Source of the DNA: Eledone cirrhosa
Lineage: Eukaryota
NCBI GenBank assembly: GCA_964016885.1
Contig: OZ024741.1
Span: 13,826,001-13,890,000, forward strand
DNA: 64,000 nucleotides
Direction of reading: 5' to 3'
The notes beneath the pieces are model-generated. The model did not search any database and was not told where the DNA came from. It was given only the letters and a program-made list of their open reading frames with translations. Numbering within the stretch: position 1 is the stretch's first letter; every line of letters begins with the position of its first letter. Position numbers and translations under genes: made by a program. Shown here piece after piece: positions 1 through 11,216 of this stretch.

Positions 1-360
1 TTTTATATATCTATCTACCCCTTTACACTTTCTCTTCCCCAACCCTTGCTATTTATGTTTGTTAATAATTCTAGCTGTGCTATCTAGTTAGCTAATGGCA
101 CCACCCTCTTTAGTTCGACCCCCACCACCACTATAATGAAATGGTCAATGGACAAAACCCCTTTCATCACTAATACCATCAATATAGTTCACAAGTGACT
201 TCGCTGACTTATTACAATAAACTAATAAATTGCCTGCTGACAATCACTTCCACAGGGTCAAGATTAGAGGGTTTCGGGCTTGTCCATTGTTTTTTTATTA
301 TTCAGGTTTCTCGTTCCTTTTTTTTTTTTTACCCACATCATCATTTTTTCACTATCCAAT

Positions 361-364
<4 letters not shown>

Positions 365-391
<27 letters not shown>

Positions 392-464
392 CATGAAAAG
401 TGGACATTAAATGATGAAGATGATATGTATGTATATATGTTTGTATAAAAGAATATATATATAT

Positions 465-510
<46 letters not shown>

Positions 511-635
511 ATTCTTTTATATATATATATTTATATATTTTTATATTTAGTATATCAATGTATAAAATATATCTACATGGAAAAAAATACATACAAAATG
601 ATTATGTATGTATGTATGTATGGTTAAGAAAGTGT

Positions 636-678
<43 letters not shown>

Positions 679-707
679 GTGTGTGTGTTTGTGTGTGTTT
701 AAGAATG

Positions 708-741
<34 letters not shown>

Positions 742-770
742 GTGTATTATATATATGTGTGTGTATGGTG
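365..770. repeat. (TA)n/(TG)n/(CA)n microsatellite cluster
   Basis: Directly visible dinucleotide runs; source of the IYIY ORFs. Confidence 0.9.
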
Positions 771-1040
771 AAAGAACATTATTTTTTATTGTATGAGCTG
801 CAGACATAAAGAGACAAAAATAATTAGGAAAGCCATTGAATTGAACTCACATATTGGTGATTAAAGGATATAAAACAGACTGCTCATTACCATTAATTAT
901 TATTAATGACCCTCCATTGAATGTTGGAGGTGTAAGATCAATTTCTGGCTGGTATTAATTTCTAAAAAAATGTTATTTTGTTTTATTTCTGTATGACATA
1001 TAAATGAGTTGGTTGTTAACATTGTGTGTGTATATATATA

Positions 1041-1089
<49 letters not shown>

Positions 1090-1221
1090 TTCATTTCATT
1101 TTGCGTCCGCTTTTCCCTGCTTGCAAGGGTGGGACGGGAACTGATTCTGGCTTGATTTCTACAGCTGGATGCCCTTCCTAACACCAACCTCATTTACAGT
1201 TATATATTTTTTGTTGCATCG

Positions 1222-1311
1222 CCAGTCTGAAGAGAGGATTGATAATGGAATTGGGTCGATAACTTCTATGGGTGACCCTGGGCCAATCCTCTGTGAAATG
1301 TGCATAACAGG
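1222..1311 (+). ncRNA. Degenerate type I hammerhead ribozyme-like motif
   Basis: CTGAAGA at 1227-1233, stem GAGGATTG/CAATCCTC, GAAA at 1295-1298, near-palindromic stem III ATGTGCAT then A, stem I CCAGT/ACAGG with one mismatch. Extra TGT before GAAA. Confidence 0.45.
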
Positions 1312-1379
1312 TCGATACACAATAAAAATCTAAAAACATGTAAACGAAACTTCGTTCTTTTTAATATATATATCCAGTC

Positions 1380-1640
1380 CAAACTAATGAGGTTCTGTAG
1401 GTGGTACAACAAAAAACACAGTCCACGCTGTAATGTGGCCATGTAGGTAACACGGTAAAAAGTTCCCAGTTCCACACTGTAAATATGGTTGGTGTTAGGA
1501 AGGGCATCCAGCCGTAGAAAACCTGCCAGATAGTCCTATACAAGCAAGACATGGTCACCCGACCAATCTTGCCTCAAGTGGGACAATTCCTGTCTAACCC
1601 ATGCTACCGTGGAAGATAGACATTAAACGATGATGATGAT
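1380..1640 (+). mobile_element. RTE-type LINE 3' UTR fragment ending in (GAT)n
   Basis: ggttggtgttaggaagggcatccagccgtagaaa...cccatgctaccgtggaagatagacattaaacgatgatgat, homologous to the 3' ends of RTE fragments elsewhere in the window. Confidence 0.7.
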
Positions 1641-1720
1641 ATATATATATATATAGTGGTAGAACACTGGAAGGTAATATCCGTAGTGGTAGAGCACTCA
1701 GTCCATGGGACGAGTTAGGT

Positions 1721-1873
1721 AGAAGTGGTTACACAACAGTTAGTTCACCATACCGAGAACAATTGTTTCACCTTAGCGGATCCTCAGCTTGTAAACCGAT
1801 TACGAGCTGAGGATCCGCTAAGGTGAAACAATTGTTCTCGGTATGGTGAACTAACTGTTGTATAACCACTTCT
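1721..1873. repeat. Near-perfect foldback (~74-bp arms) containing a hammerhead motif
   Basis: 1721-1794 is the reverse complement of 1800-1873 with few mismatches. Confidence 0.9.
1803..1840 (+). ncRNA. Minimal type I hammerhead ribozyme with palindromic stem III
   Basis: Stem I CGAG/CTCG, core CTGAGGA at 1807-1813, short stem II (CC/GG, with T-T at the first position), GAAA at 1825-1828, palindrome ACAATTGT, predicted GUU cleavage after 1836. Mirror copy on the minus strand. Confidence 0.6.
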
Positions 1874-1932
1874 CTCTCTCTATATATATATATATTTATT
1901 TGTAGTGTACTTAATACGTAGCATTGTGAACT

Positions 1933-2039
1933 ATGTGGTAGAAAATACGAAGGGCCAATGATGGTAGATGAAACACAATAAACTTTACTTAGTTTTGTTT
2001 CCTTTACCATCATTTGCCCTTCATATTTTCTACCACATT
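1933..2039. repeat. Imperfect inverted repeat (~45-bp arms)
   Basis: atgtggtagaaaatacgaagggccaatgatggta...taccatcatttgcccttcatattttctaccacat. Confidence 0.75.
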
Positions 2040-2284
2040 CTACCAACTTTTAAAAAACTTACCAGTCATGTACTACATATGTTTGTGTTTTCAGTGTGTG
2101 CATATAACTCTAATATACATTCACTTCATAGAATATATAATTATTGACCACTTTACAGACATCTACACTTTACAGACATCTGCCATATTTTAGCTGTTTC
2201 TACCTCCACTATATAGACCATAAAGGGCCGTAACTCTTTGCTGCAAAGCATGGCGTCCGACCCTCTACCGATACTGCCAGATTC

Positions 2285-2515
2285 GTTAGATCTTCATTAT
2301 ATTTATTGAGGTGTGACGTGCATTTGATCTGTATTAATCTGGCCCAACTCTGGAATCAAAGGCTCGTTGGACTTCTGTTATGGTAATGACAGAATGATTC
2401 CTGACAGTTTTGATTTGAGAGTTGGGCCAGATCAATACAGATCGAGGCTTGAGCAGATCAATTGTGAAACACACGTCACACCAATAAATGTAATGAAGAT
2501 CTGACACCTCGTCCT
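2285..2515. repeat. Degenerate foldback of the family also at 5260-5430 and 17450-17630
   Basis: agatcttcattatatttattg...gtgacgtg...gatctgtattaatctggcccaactc pairs with gagttgggccagatcaatacagatc...cacgtcacaccaataaatgtaatgaagatct. Confidence 0.6.
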
Positions 2516-2571
2516 TTTTATCATAATTATGTATATATATAATTGGCTAGTCTGTGTAACTTTAATTATTA

Positions 2572-3337
2572 TCACCACCACTACTCCAATCGTCAGCACT
2601 GCCACCACAACCACCATGACCAGTACCACACCGCCACCACACCATCACCACACCGCCACCACACCATCACCACCACACCATCACCACCACCACCACACTA
2701 CCACCACACCACCACCACTACCACTACCACTACCACCAGCTCCACCATCACCACCACCATCAGCACCACCACTACCACCATCACCACCACCAGCATCACC
2801 ACCACCACACCACCGCCACCCACACCACCACCACCATACCACCATCACAACCATCACCACCACCACTACCACCATCACCTCTACCACCACCACACGACTA
2901 CCACCATCACCACCACCACTACCACCATACCGCTACCCCCTCCCCCCCATCATCACCCCACCACCACCTCCACCACCATCATCACACCACCACCACCATC
3001 ACACCACCATCACCACCACCTCTACCACCACCACCACCACCACCACTACCACCACTACCGCCACCACCACCATCACCTCCACCACCACCACACCACCACT
3101 ACCACCACACCACCACTACCCCCACCACCAACCCCCTTTCCCCTCTCCCCTCCCCCACTACCACCACCACCACTACCACCACCACCTCCACCACCACCAC
3201 CATCATCACTACCACCACTACCACCACCATCACCACTACCACCATCGCCACCACCACCACCACCACCACCACTACCACCATCACCACCACCACCACTACC
3301 ACTTCCACCACCACCACCACCACCACCACCACCACCA
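2572..3337. repeat. (CAC/CAT/CTA)n trinucleotide low-complexity tract just upstream of the exon acceptor
   Basis: Directly visible; source of the poly-H/P/T ORFs. Confidence 0.9.
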
Positions 3338-3383
3338 TATGTATGTGGGAATGTGTCTCTATCTGTCTGTCTCTCTGTTGCAG

Positions 3384-3447
3384 GCTCTGGGCAATCTTTA
3401 TTTTGTTCATGTTGAAGTCGATGTAGCAGAAATATGGGACTTTGAAG
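3384..3447 (+). CDS. INPP5A: Internal coding exon (64 bp) of a probable type I inositol polyphosphate 5-phosphatase
   Basis: Pyrimidine-rich acceptor ctctctgttgcag|G and consensus donor AAG|gtaagt. Translates to ALGNLYFVHVEVDVAEIWDFE+G, similar to vertebrate INPP5A ALGSFYFLHESLKNIYQFDFK (recalled, not searched). Confidence 0.75.
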
Positions 3448-3699
3448 GTAAGTACTGTCAATATTCCTGCTAGATGTTTAGCCCCAGCCCAGGTCCAGCA
3501 GATCAAATGTCTTCCAACTCTAAACATTTCATATATTTCCAGGCATAATTTATTTAAGTCTTTATTATATGATGTGACCTTTTTTTACAACAATGGTATG
3601 TGATTCTCTGCTATTTCTAATAGATTCAGTGATCATATAGAGGCTCGCTCATGTACTATGCTTGTCCATAGTCAATTAGTATTGTGTATATTTGAGTTA

Positions 3700-4100
3700 T
3701 GTGGAGGCATGTGGCCCAGTGGTAAGGGTGTTGGACTTACGATCATAATGTTGTAGGTTTGATTCCTGGACTGGGTTGTGAGTTGTGTTCTTGAGCAGAA
3801 TACTTCATTTCACGTTGCTCTAGTATACTCAGCTGAAAATGGCTACCAACAATATCTGGGGGTTTAACCCTGCAATGGACTGGTGTCCTGTCCAGGGACG
3901 AGTCTTGTACTCTCAATCGCTTCACACCACTCAACCAGGACAAGCACTGGCCTAACGAACCTTCTAGCTTGAGACAGACTTCAACTCAGTGATGGACTGG
4001 CATCCTGTCCTCCGGGGAAAGTGTTGAATCCTCAGTCACTTAATACCACAAAACCGGGATAAGAACTGCCTTGATGAACCTCCTGGCTTGAGTCAGACTT
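3700..4100 (+). mobile_element. Degenerate tRNA-derived CORE-type SINE with duplicated tail
   Basis: A-box-like tggcccagtggtaagg, B-box-like ggtttgattcc, CORE-like tcttgagcagaatactt; tail segment gatggactgg...cctgtcc repeated twice. Confidence 0.55.
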
Positions 4101-4109
4101 TAGATTTAG

Positions 4110-4580
4110 AAAAACTAGAGAACAGAATGGGCAAAGTTCAGTTAACTACAAAAGTTTTTTCTCTCAAAATGAAAGATAGATTATATGAAGCTTGTGTAGG
4201 AACAGCAGTGTTGCATGGAAGTGAGACCTGGGTAATATGTGCAGTGAACCTACAAAGATTAGAAAGAAAAACGGCTTACATACTCCAATGGATGTGTAAT
4301 AGTAGTGTGCATGAACAAAAAAGCATCAGTGAACTGAGAGAGGAACTAGGTTTGAAAGGGGAGAGGAGATTGCAGTGGTTTGGACATGCATATGGAGGAT
4401 GACAACTGTATAAAAAGATGCAAGGCACTCAAAGTCGATGGTAACTATAGAAGAGGAAGACCTAGGAAAGATTGGAATGAAGTGATAAAAGCTGACCTTG
4501 CCCAATGTAATCTCAGAAAGGAGATTACCCAGGATCAAGATCTCTGGCGTCATATTGTACTGCAGAAGAGCTGCCATTCC
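4110..4580 (+). mobile_element. Old RTE LINE fragment (RT C-terminal region)
   Basis: Translates to RLYEACVGTAVLHGSETW, RRLQWFGH and RGRPRKDW, motifs typical of the RTE clade. Confidence 0.8.
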
Positions 4581-5142
4581 ATGTATACAAAGTGAAATGA
4601 AACAAATATATAGAGGACACACTAGTCTGCGACTATCCTCTCTCCACCCCCACATCTGCCTTAATATCCTGCTTTCACCCTCTAAATATCCCACACATCT
4701 AATTGATATCAAACTTGCTTGTCCTTGCCCTGATATATCTCACCTGCCCATCACATGAACACTAGACATGATCTCCCACAATGCCATTACCGTGACAGAC
4801 AGCACCCACTTCACACTGTAAGGTGGTTCTGCTGGTGTCACAACAAAAAGCACCCAGTCCACCATGTCAGGTGGTTATTTTGGTGCCATGATAAAAAGCA
4901 AGCAGCTTGCACTGTAATGTTAGGAAGGCCATTCAACCATAGAAACTAAGCCAAAATACAAATCTGTATGTCATCATCTGTGGGCCTGATGTGTCACATA
5001 ACGTGACAGCCCATCTAACCCATACAAGTGAGGAAAAATAGACATTAAACAATGATTTTATATAAATATCATGATTGAACCAGTTTTAAACTAGTTAGAC
5101 CATTATTCAACAGAGTACTCAATGCTTGGGATAGTATATATA

Positions 5143-5430
5143 TATATATATCCAGGGTGTGTAACTTGGAGTTACTGTAGGTTCACCCGGGTGAGCACTC
5201 GATGTTTAGGTTCACTTCAGTGTCGAGGTGTAGAGCTAGACAGAGTGTATTATAGTGAAATAAAAAAACAAGGATTTTTCCATTACCACTACAAGGGGTC
5301 TGATGAACCGCGGATTACAGAGTCGGGATAGATGATACAGATCGAATCTTGAGCTGATCAGTGGCAAAACAGGCGTCACCAACCAATAAACGTAATGAAG
5401 ATGTAACCAATCGTCCTTGTTATTTTATTT
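5143..5430. mobile_element. Penelope-terminus-like insert with degenerate hammerhead core; paralogous to 17205-17630
   Basis: 5143-5253 is nearly identical to 17210-17320. It is followed by ggtCTGATGA(5300-5306)...caaaacaggcGTCacc aataaa, in which GAAA is mutated. Confidence 0.5.
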
Positions 5431-5439
5431 CACTATATA

Positions 5440-6510
5440 TATCATCATCATCATCATCATCATCATCGTTTAACGTCCATCTTCCACGCTTCCATGGGTT
5501 TGGACGGGAGTTTTCCCACTTGAGGCAAGATTTGTTGTCCTGCTCGTATAGGACTGTCTGGCGGGTTTTCTACGGCTGGATGCCCTTCCCAACACCAACC
5601 ACGTTTACAGTGTGGACTGGGAGGTTTTTACCGTATTACCTACACGGCCACATTACAGCGTGGACTGTGTGTTTTTTTTGTCGTGACACATACACGACCT
5701 CATTTGTTTCTGACTGGATGTTGTGGTACCAACATAACTTCACATTTAAGGGGGTGGTGTGGATGGGGCGGGGGTGTATTTTGTTAGAGGTGCCTACTGA
5801 CTGTAGATTTCGCTTTGTACTTAGGCAAGGCGGGTCTTCTGTATGACTGTGTAGCGCCAAATATCTCGGTCCAGTGACATTGTCTTGGAGAGGTGTAAGT
5901 GTGTGAGGTCGGAATTGATCAAGTCGTCCCAGGTTTTTCTGGGTCTGCCTACTCCGTGGCTACCGTCTATTTTTATTGCCCTGCACTTTGTTATACAGCT
6001 GTCGTCTTTCATGCACATCACGTGACCATACCAACGTAGTCTTCTCGCGAGTAAACAACATCTGATCCCTCTTATTCCTAATTTCTCCCTTAGTTCGTTT
6101 ATGCTTTGCCGTTCACGTATATTACTATTACACATCCAGCGGAGCATGCAAGCTTAGTTCCTCTCCAGTCTGCGTATATCCTCTGCACACAATGCCCATG
6201 TCTCACTGCCATGCAACATTGCTGTTCGTATGCAGGCATCATACAGCCTGCCTTTCATTTTTAGAGAGAACCCTTTAGCGGCCAATAGTGGTATAAGCTC
6301 TCTGAACTTTTTCCATCCCCTTCTGACCCTAGCTACTGTACTTTCAGAGCACCCCCCCCCCCACTGCTGATTTTGTCACCCAAGTAACGGAAGGTGTCCA
6401 CTATTTCTATAGAACCATCTGTGCAATGGAATGAGCTAGTATTCTGTGGGCACTTGCTGCTACTTATTGCACCAGAGCACTGGCCACATATAAAATCTAT
6501 ATTCTTAATT
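5440..6510 (-). mobile_element. 5'-truncated RTE LINE (subfamily B) with (GAT)n tail
   Basis: Minus strand encodes FRYLGD, GRLYDACIRTAMLHGSETW, RRLRWYGHVM and GRPRKTW, then a 3' UTR and (ATC)n on the + strand. Confidence 0.85.
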
Positions 6511-6600
6511 ATATATATATTTATTCTAAACCCATGCTAGCATGGAAGATAGATGTTAAACAATGATGATGCTGATGATATATATATGAAAAGAGTGAGG

Positions 6601-6701
6601 ACCCCAACAGTTGAACTCTGGACGTTTCAACAGCTAGATCCGAACAGTTCAGATCTAGCAATCGAAATGGCCGGAGCTCAGCCGTTGGGGTCCTGGCTAT
6701 T
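6601..6701. repeat. Imperfect foldback followed by a GAGTACTC-containing tail
   Basis: accccaacagttgaactctgg...gctagatccgaac / gttcagatctagc...ctcagccgttggggt. The tail resembles 17866-17965. Confidence 0.7.
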
Positions 6702-6761
6702 TTCATATTACCCACTTTACTACCTCAAGTATGGAGTACTCTGGTATCTTACCACACCTTG

Positions 6762-6799
<38 letters not shown>

Positions 6800-6811
<12 letters not shown>

Positions 6812-7830
6812 TAAAATAACAGATTAAAGTTTAAGCAAAGAATCGCTGCTTTCACCCTTAACGGGATCTTCTGAAACTAACAAAGTCAATCTGTAAACGC
6901 AGAACTGGATATTTCAAAAAACGTTGCAACCGGAGGAAGACAGGAAGACGATACTTTGGTTCGTGGTAACGTTCGCTGGCAAAGAACGGGAAAAAACGAA
7001 TAATACGTCATTAATAGGAGCGGTGAAAAACAATTACGCGCAAAGACAGAACCACGTTTATGGTATAAAAGAGGTCGTAGACTAATGTTCTCTTAGGTGG
7101 TGCATAGAGACGTTCTCTGGCAATGAACGAAAAAACGAAGATAATAAGTCATATGTGGAGCGTGGAGAACAATAGCACGCAAAGACAAAACCACGTAAAT
7201 GGTATAGCAGAAATCGTAGACTAAAATACTAACTAGGAGACCAAATGAATCTCCGCTACAGAGTTAAGAACAAAGTAAATAAATACAATACAGAAGTAAT
7301 AAAAAGAAATAAATACATACACGCAAACAGATACGTACATACACAAGCATACGCAAAACCTTACCATGGGTATACAAAACCACGCACACATAAATATGTG
7401 CGTGTGTGTATGCTTGTGTACAAATAAATAAATAATTATATAAACATATATAAGTAAATAAAAACGTATATAACAAGCGCACACGCATACCTACATATAA
7501 ATACACGAATGTTCGGAGACGTAAGTCAACTAAAACAAGAAGTAGACATATACACACACCCACCATACGTACGAACCTGCACACTTACGCGGACGCAAAA
7601 CTCCCGTATACACATAGCCAAACCCTAAATACCAGAATATGTAAAAATTATACGCTATAACAGTCAAATATACGTACGAGAAGGTATACATACCTTCACA
7701 AAACATACGGGTAATATATACTTACCTATGCAAATAAGTAAAGGAATAAACAAAACATATACTTAGCTCCCACATCAAGACGTAAAATATCCACGTATAG
7801 ATCGTCTCTTTGGATTTTAGTCTTCAATTT
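6800..7830 (-). mobile_element. Possible Penelope-like element terminal region
   Basis: CpG-rich block flanked by (TA)n, with an internal tandem duplication (~6990-7230). The minus strand near 6845-6875 reads cagaagaTCCCgttaaGGGTgaaa, a mutated version of the 1807 hammerhead motif. Confidence 0.3.
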
Positions 7831-7839
7831 TATTATTAT

Positions 7840-7876
<37 letters not shown>

Positions 7877-7935
7877 AAATTTGAAATGTGTGTCTCCCAA
7901 TGTAAATGATCTTAATAATAATCCATCATTATTAG

Positions 7936-8035
7936 CCGAGGTTGACTTTGCCTTTCATCCTTACAGGGTCGATAAAATAAAGTACCAGTAATGCACTGGG
8001 TAATTTCTGTCCTTGTGCCTAAAGTAGAAACAATT
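7936..8035 (+). mobile_element. SINE fragment (Meta-domain-like)
   Basis: gactttgcctttcatccttacagggtcgataaaataaagtaccag, repeated at several places in the window. Confidence 0.75.
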
Positions 8036-8412
8036 ATTAATAAAAGTTGTTGAGAAAATCACGTAAATTAATATTAGTGACAGAAAATTGTGGACATCGG
8101 TGACAGCAAGGAATGAGATGTGCATCTCTTGGATGCCAGGCAAGGGCATCAACCATTATACTAGAAGATTTTAAGGCTGGAGATAGTTGTGTAAACAAAG
8201 CTGTTGACTTAAGACACATTTGGAAATTTTGAAATTAGTTGACCGCTATAAATAATAGTTGAGAAAATTGAATAAGGGACCCCTGGAGATGGAAAAAGTA
8301 TACAGGGATGCCTGTGAGGAATTGAACCTTGTATCTTAATTGCTGCATTCACCTGGCATCCCAGATATTTCAAATTTTCTCAATGCTTTTCAAGTCATCT
8401 GATTTATATATA

Positions 8413-9017
8413 CTAGCCAAATTACCCGCGCCTGGCTGCGTTTCACACATTTTTTTTGTAAGACAATGATGATTGATTTTGAATCAGTGATATAATTTAT
8501 GGAGAAAAAATAAAGGGAAAATGTTAAAAAAGTAGAGGAATTAACTAATAATTTTTGTTGTCATAATTCTAGTGATGTTTTGCCATAGATAAAATGTCTA
8601 AATTAGCCAAATATAAAAGAGAGGTGCTTTTTTTGTTGATTTACGTTTAATTAATAGAAAAACCCCGTGATGATAGAGGTTCCGATAATCGAGTTATGGA
8701 CTTCCAAAATTTTCACTATAGGGGGTTTAACCCCATTAGGGTGTCTTAATATTATTGAAATTTGCTGAAATTTTGTGAATAGGCATCATATCTTGTCATT
8801 TACCTATGGTTTAAATTTTATATTAATCGAAGGGAAACAGTTTTCAGTGGGGGTTTGTGCCCCAGGGAACCCTTTGATTAAAATGAAATATACTTATCCA
8901 AGTACCCTGGGCAATGTAGTTTCAGAATATATATGGTTATAGGGGTCTATCTCCAAAACCATAGGTGGAGTTCGTGAACAAACAAACAGACTGGAACTAC
9001 AACTTTATATATATAGA
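8413..9017 (-). mobile_element. Non-autonomous Helitron
   Basis: Minus strand starts A|TCTATATATATAAA followed by (GTTT)n and ends with GC-rich cgcagccaggcgcggg, then CTAG|T. These are canonical 5'-TC / 3'-CTAG termini in an AT target. Confidence 0.7.
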
Positions 9018-9154
9018 TATGTGAAGCTATGTCTAAGTTTAAAGTCTGCTGCAAGCCAGGAACTTTGTATGTGTGTGTTGCTATATGAAGCATTAACCTA
9101 ATGTATCCCTTCCATATACTGTACCGATTGTGCTATTATTTCTGTTTACCTTTT

Positions 9155-9213
<59 letters not shown>

Positions 9214-9274
9214 CATACATATGACCGTTAAGGTCTGATTCCTGGGTATGTCACTATTTATAAAACAAACTTTG

Positions 9275-9335
9275 TATTTTATCTGATGAGAGCGTACCAA
9301 AGTTTTGCTACCCTTGAAATATATATAATAGAATA
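9275..9335 (+). ncRNA. Type I hammerhead ribozyme with palindromic (AT)4 stem III
   Basis: Stem I TATTTTAT/ATAGAATA (8 bp with one GU), core CTGATGA at 9283-9289, stem II GAG..GTA.CAAA/TTTG.TAC..CTT, GAAA at 9316-9319, ATATATAT, predicted AUA cleavage after 9327. Confidence 0.65.
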
Positions 9336-9401
9336 AATATGGTTTTATAAATATAGTTTCCATTTATTAATATCATTGATATATATATGTAAAATGATGA
9401 T

Positions 9402-9474
9402 GAAACACATTCTCAGAATATATGTGTGTGTATATATATATATATACACACATATATTCTGAGAATGTGTTTTT
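9402..9474. repeat. Short foldback around a (TG)/(TA)/(CA) core
   Basis: aaacacattctcagaatatatgtgtg...cacacatatattctgagaatgtgttt. Confidence 0.8.
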
Positions 9475-9828
9475 CTATTTTGCCTTTTATTTCAATATAT
9501 GCAACATTATACTCCTCTATGTGTGTTGTTATTCAGTGATATTTTATAACTTCAAGTTGACTGTATAGTATTTGACACGAGTATCAAATAATATAATATA
9601 TATCACCATATGCTATTTCTCTGGCCACTCTACCCCACCCAAGTACATATATATCTCACCCCTAATTCACTATTTCTGTAGCTACCATACCCCACCTATC
9701 TACATATCTCACCCCTAACTCGCTGTTTCTGTAGCCACCATACCCCACCTATCTACATACATACATAACTCACTCCTAACTCACTATTTCATATTAGTTA
9801 TGTAAAGGGCTGAAACACTATCTTGAGG

Positions 9829-10590
9829 AGGGTTTCTTCTCTGAAGACCTTCTGCTGTCCAGCTCTCCTGACAGTTTCTTCTCTGAAGACCTTCTGCTGT
9901 CCAACTCTCCTGAGAGTTTCTTCTCTGAAGACCTTCTGCTGGCCAGCTCTCCTGAGACTTTCTTCTCTGAAGACCTTCTGCCGTCCACCCCTCCTGAGAG
10001 TTTCTTCTCTGAAGACCTTCTGCTGTCCAACTCTCCTGAGAGTTTCTTCTCTGAAGACCTGTTGTCCAGCTCTCCTGAGAGTTTCTTCTCTGAAGACCTT
10101 CTGCTGTCCAGCCCTCCTGAGAGTTTCTTCTCTGAAGACCTTCTGCTGTCCAGCTGTCCTGAGAGTTTCTTCTCTGAAGACCTTCTGCGGTCCAACTCTC
10201 CTGAGAGTTTCTTCTCTGAAGACCTTCTGCTGTCCAGCTCTCCTGAGAGTTTCTTCTCTGAAGACCTTCTGCTGTCCAGCTCTCCTGACAGTTTCTTCTC
10301 TGAAGACCTTCTGCTGTCCAGCCCTCCTGAGAGTTTCTTCTCTGAAGACCTTCTGCTGTCCAGCTCTCCTGACAGTTTCTTCTCTGAAGACCTTCTGCTG
10401 TCCAGCTCTCCTGAGAGTTTCTTCTCTGAAGACCTTCTGCTGTCCAGCTCCCTGAGAGTTTCTTCTCTGAAGACCTTCTGCTGTCCAGCTCTCCTGAGAG
10501 TTTCTTCTCTGAAGACCTGCTGTCCAGCTCTCCTAACAGTTTCTTCTATCAAGATATTCTGCTGTCCAGCCCTCCTCAGAGTTTCTTACC
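9829..10590. repeat. 42-bp minisatellite, ~18 copies
   Basis: Unit GTTTCTTCTCTGAAGACCTTCTGCTGTCCAGCTCTCCTGAGA; 14-aa periodicity in the ORF track. Confidence 0.95.
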
Positions 10591-10687
10591 ACTATTTATT
10601 GACTGTTTTCTAGTTTAATCTACAATAGTTGTTCTCCGTCTCCACAGATTATTTTCTTCATTGAATTATTCACTTTCTGTTTTTCAG

Positions 10688-10719
10688 CCAGCAAGTTTCT
10701 TACAGTTGAAGGTCGAGAG
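10688..10719 (+). CDS. INPP5A: Next internal coding exon (32 bp) of the probable INPP5A gene
   Basis: Acceptor ctttctgtttttcag|C and donor GAG|gtaaat. A phase-1 join with the previous exon gives ASKFLTVEGRE, collinear with INPP5A AKKYRKVAGKE. The two exons total 96 nt (32 codons) with no stop. Confidence 0.7.
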
Positions 10720-10995
10720 GTAAATATTTGACATTGTTAATATTAAGGCGGTTGAATCCTGGTTTGTTATATCCCATTATTATTAAAAAAAAACTATTAT
10801 TTAATCAGAAGTTTGGGTTTGTGGTCAGGAGTTTGATATTTCGAAATTTTCATATTTTTAAAGAAAAAACACATTTTAAAAAAATTTATCAGTTCATATA
10901 ATTAAATCAACAGAGTATATATTTATTTTATTACACAAGCTTATCAAAAGCAAACAAGTAAAAACAAATAGCACTTATAAAGCAACTTATACACG

Positions 10996-11216
10996 TCAGA
11001 AATGACTGGATTTCCTGGATTTGCCGTTGTAGTCCAGGTCACATTCCCGCACTAGCCCCCAGATATAATCCCCCATCATTTTTTCATTGTAGTGGCCCTG
11101 GTACCTACGCTCTATCTCTTTCACATCTTGTTGGAATCGATCGCCTTGTTCTTCTGAGTAGGCGCCCATATTGTCCTTGAATTTTTCCAGGTGAGCGTCC
11201 AGCATATGGAGTTTAA
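10996..11216 (-). pseudogene. Chapaev-like transposase, C-terminal part
   Basis: LKLHMLDAHLEKFKDNMGAYSEEQGDRFQQD...MMGDYIWGL continues in frame from GCRLS at 13777 once the piggyBac is removed. Confidence 0.8.

Noticed and set aside
195-1193. ORFs rich in IYIY/VCVC (also at 38379-41503, 52078-52752 and 58225-58428)
   Set aside because: These are translations of dinucleotide microsatellites.
2529-3415. Poly-His/Pro/Thr ORFs resembling extensin or mucin (also at 50579-52081)
   Set aside because: (CAC)n tracts are open in all frames. Only the terminal 64 bp bounded by splice sites looks coding.
9829-10590. CTGAAGA in each 42-bp unit as a tandem hammerhead core
   Set aside because: There is no GAAA on the same strand and no stems I/III.
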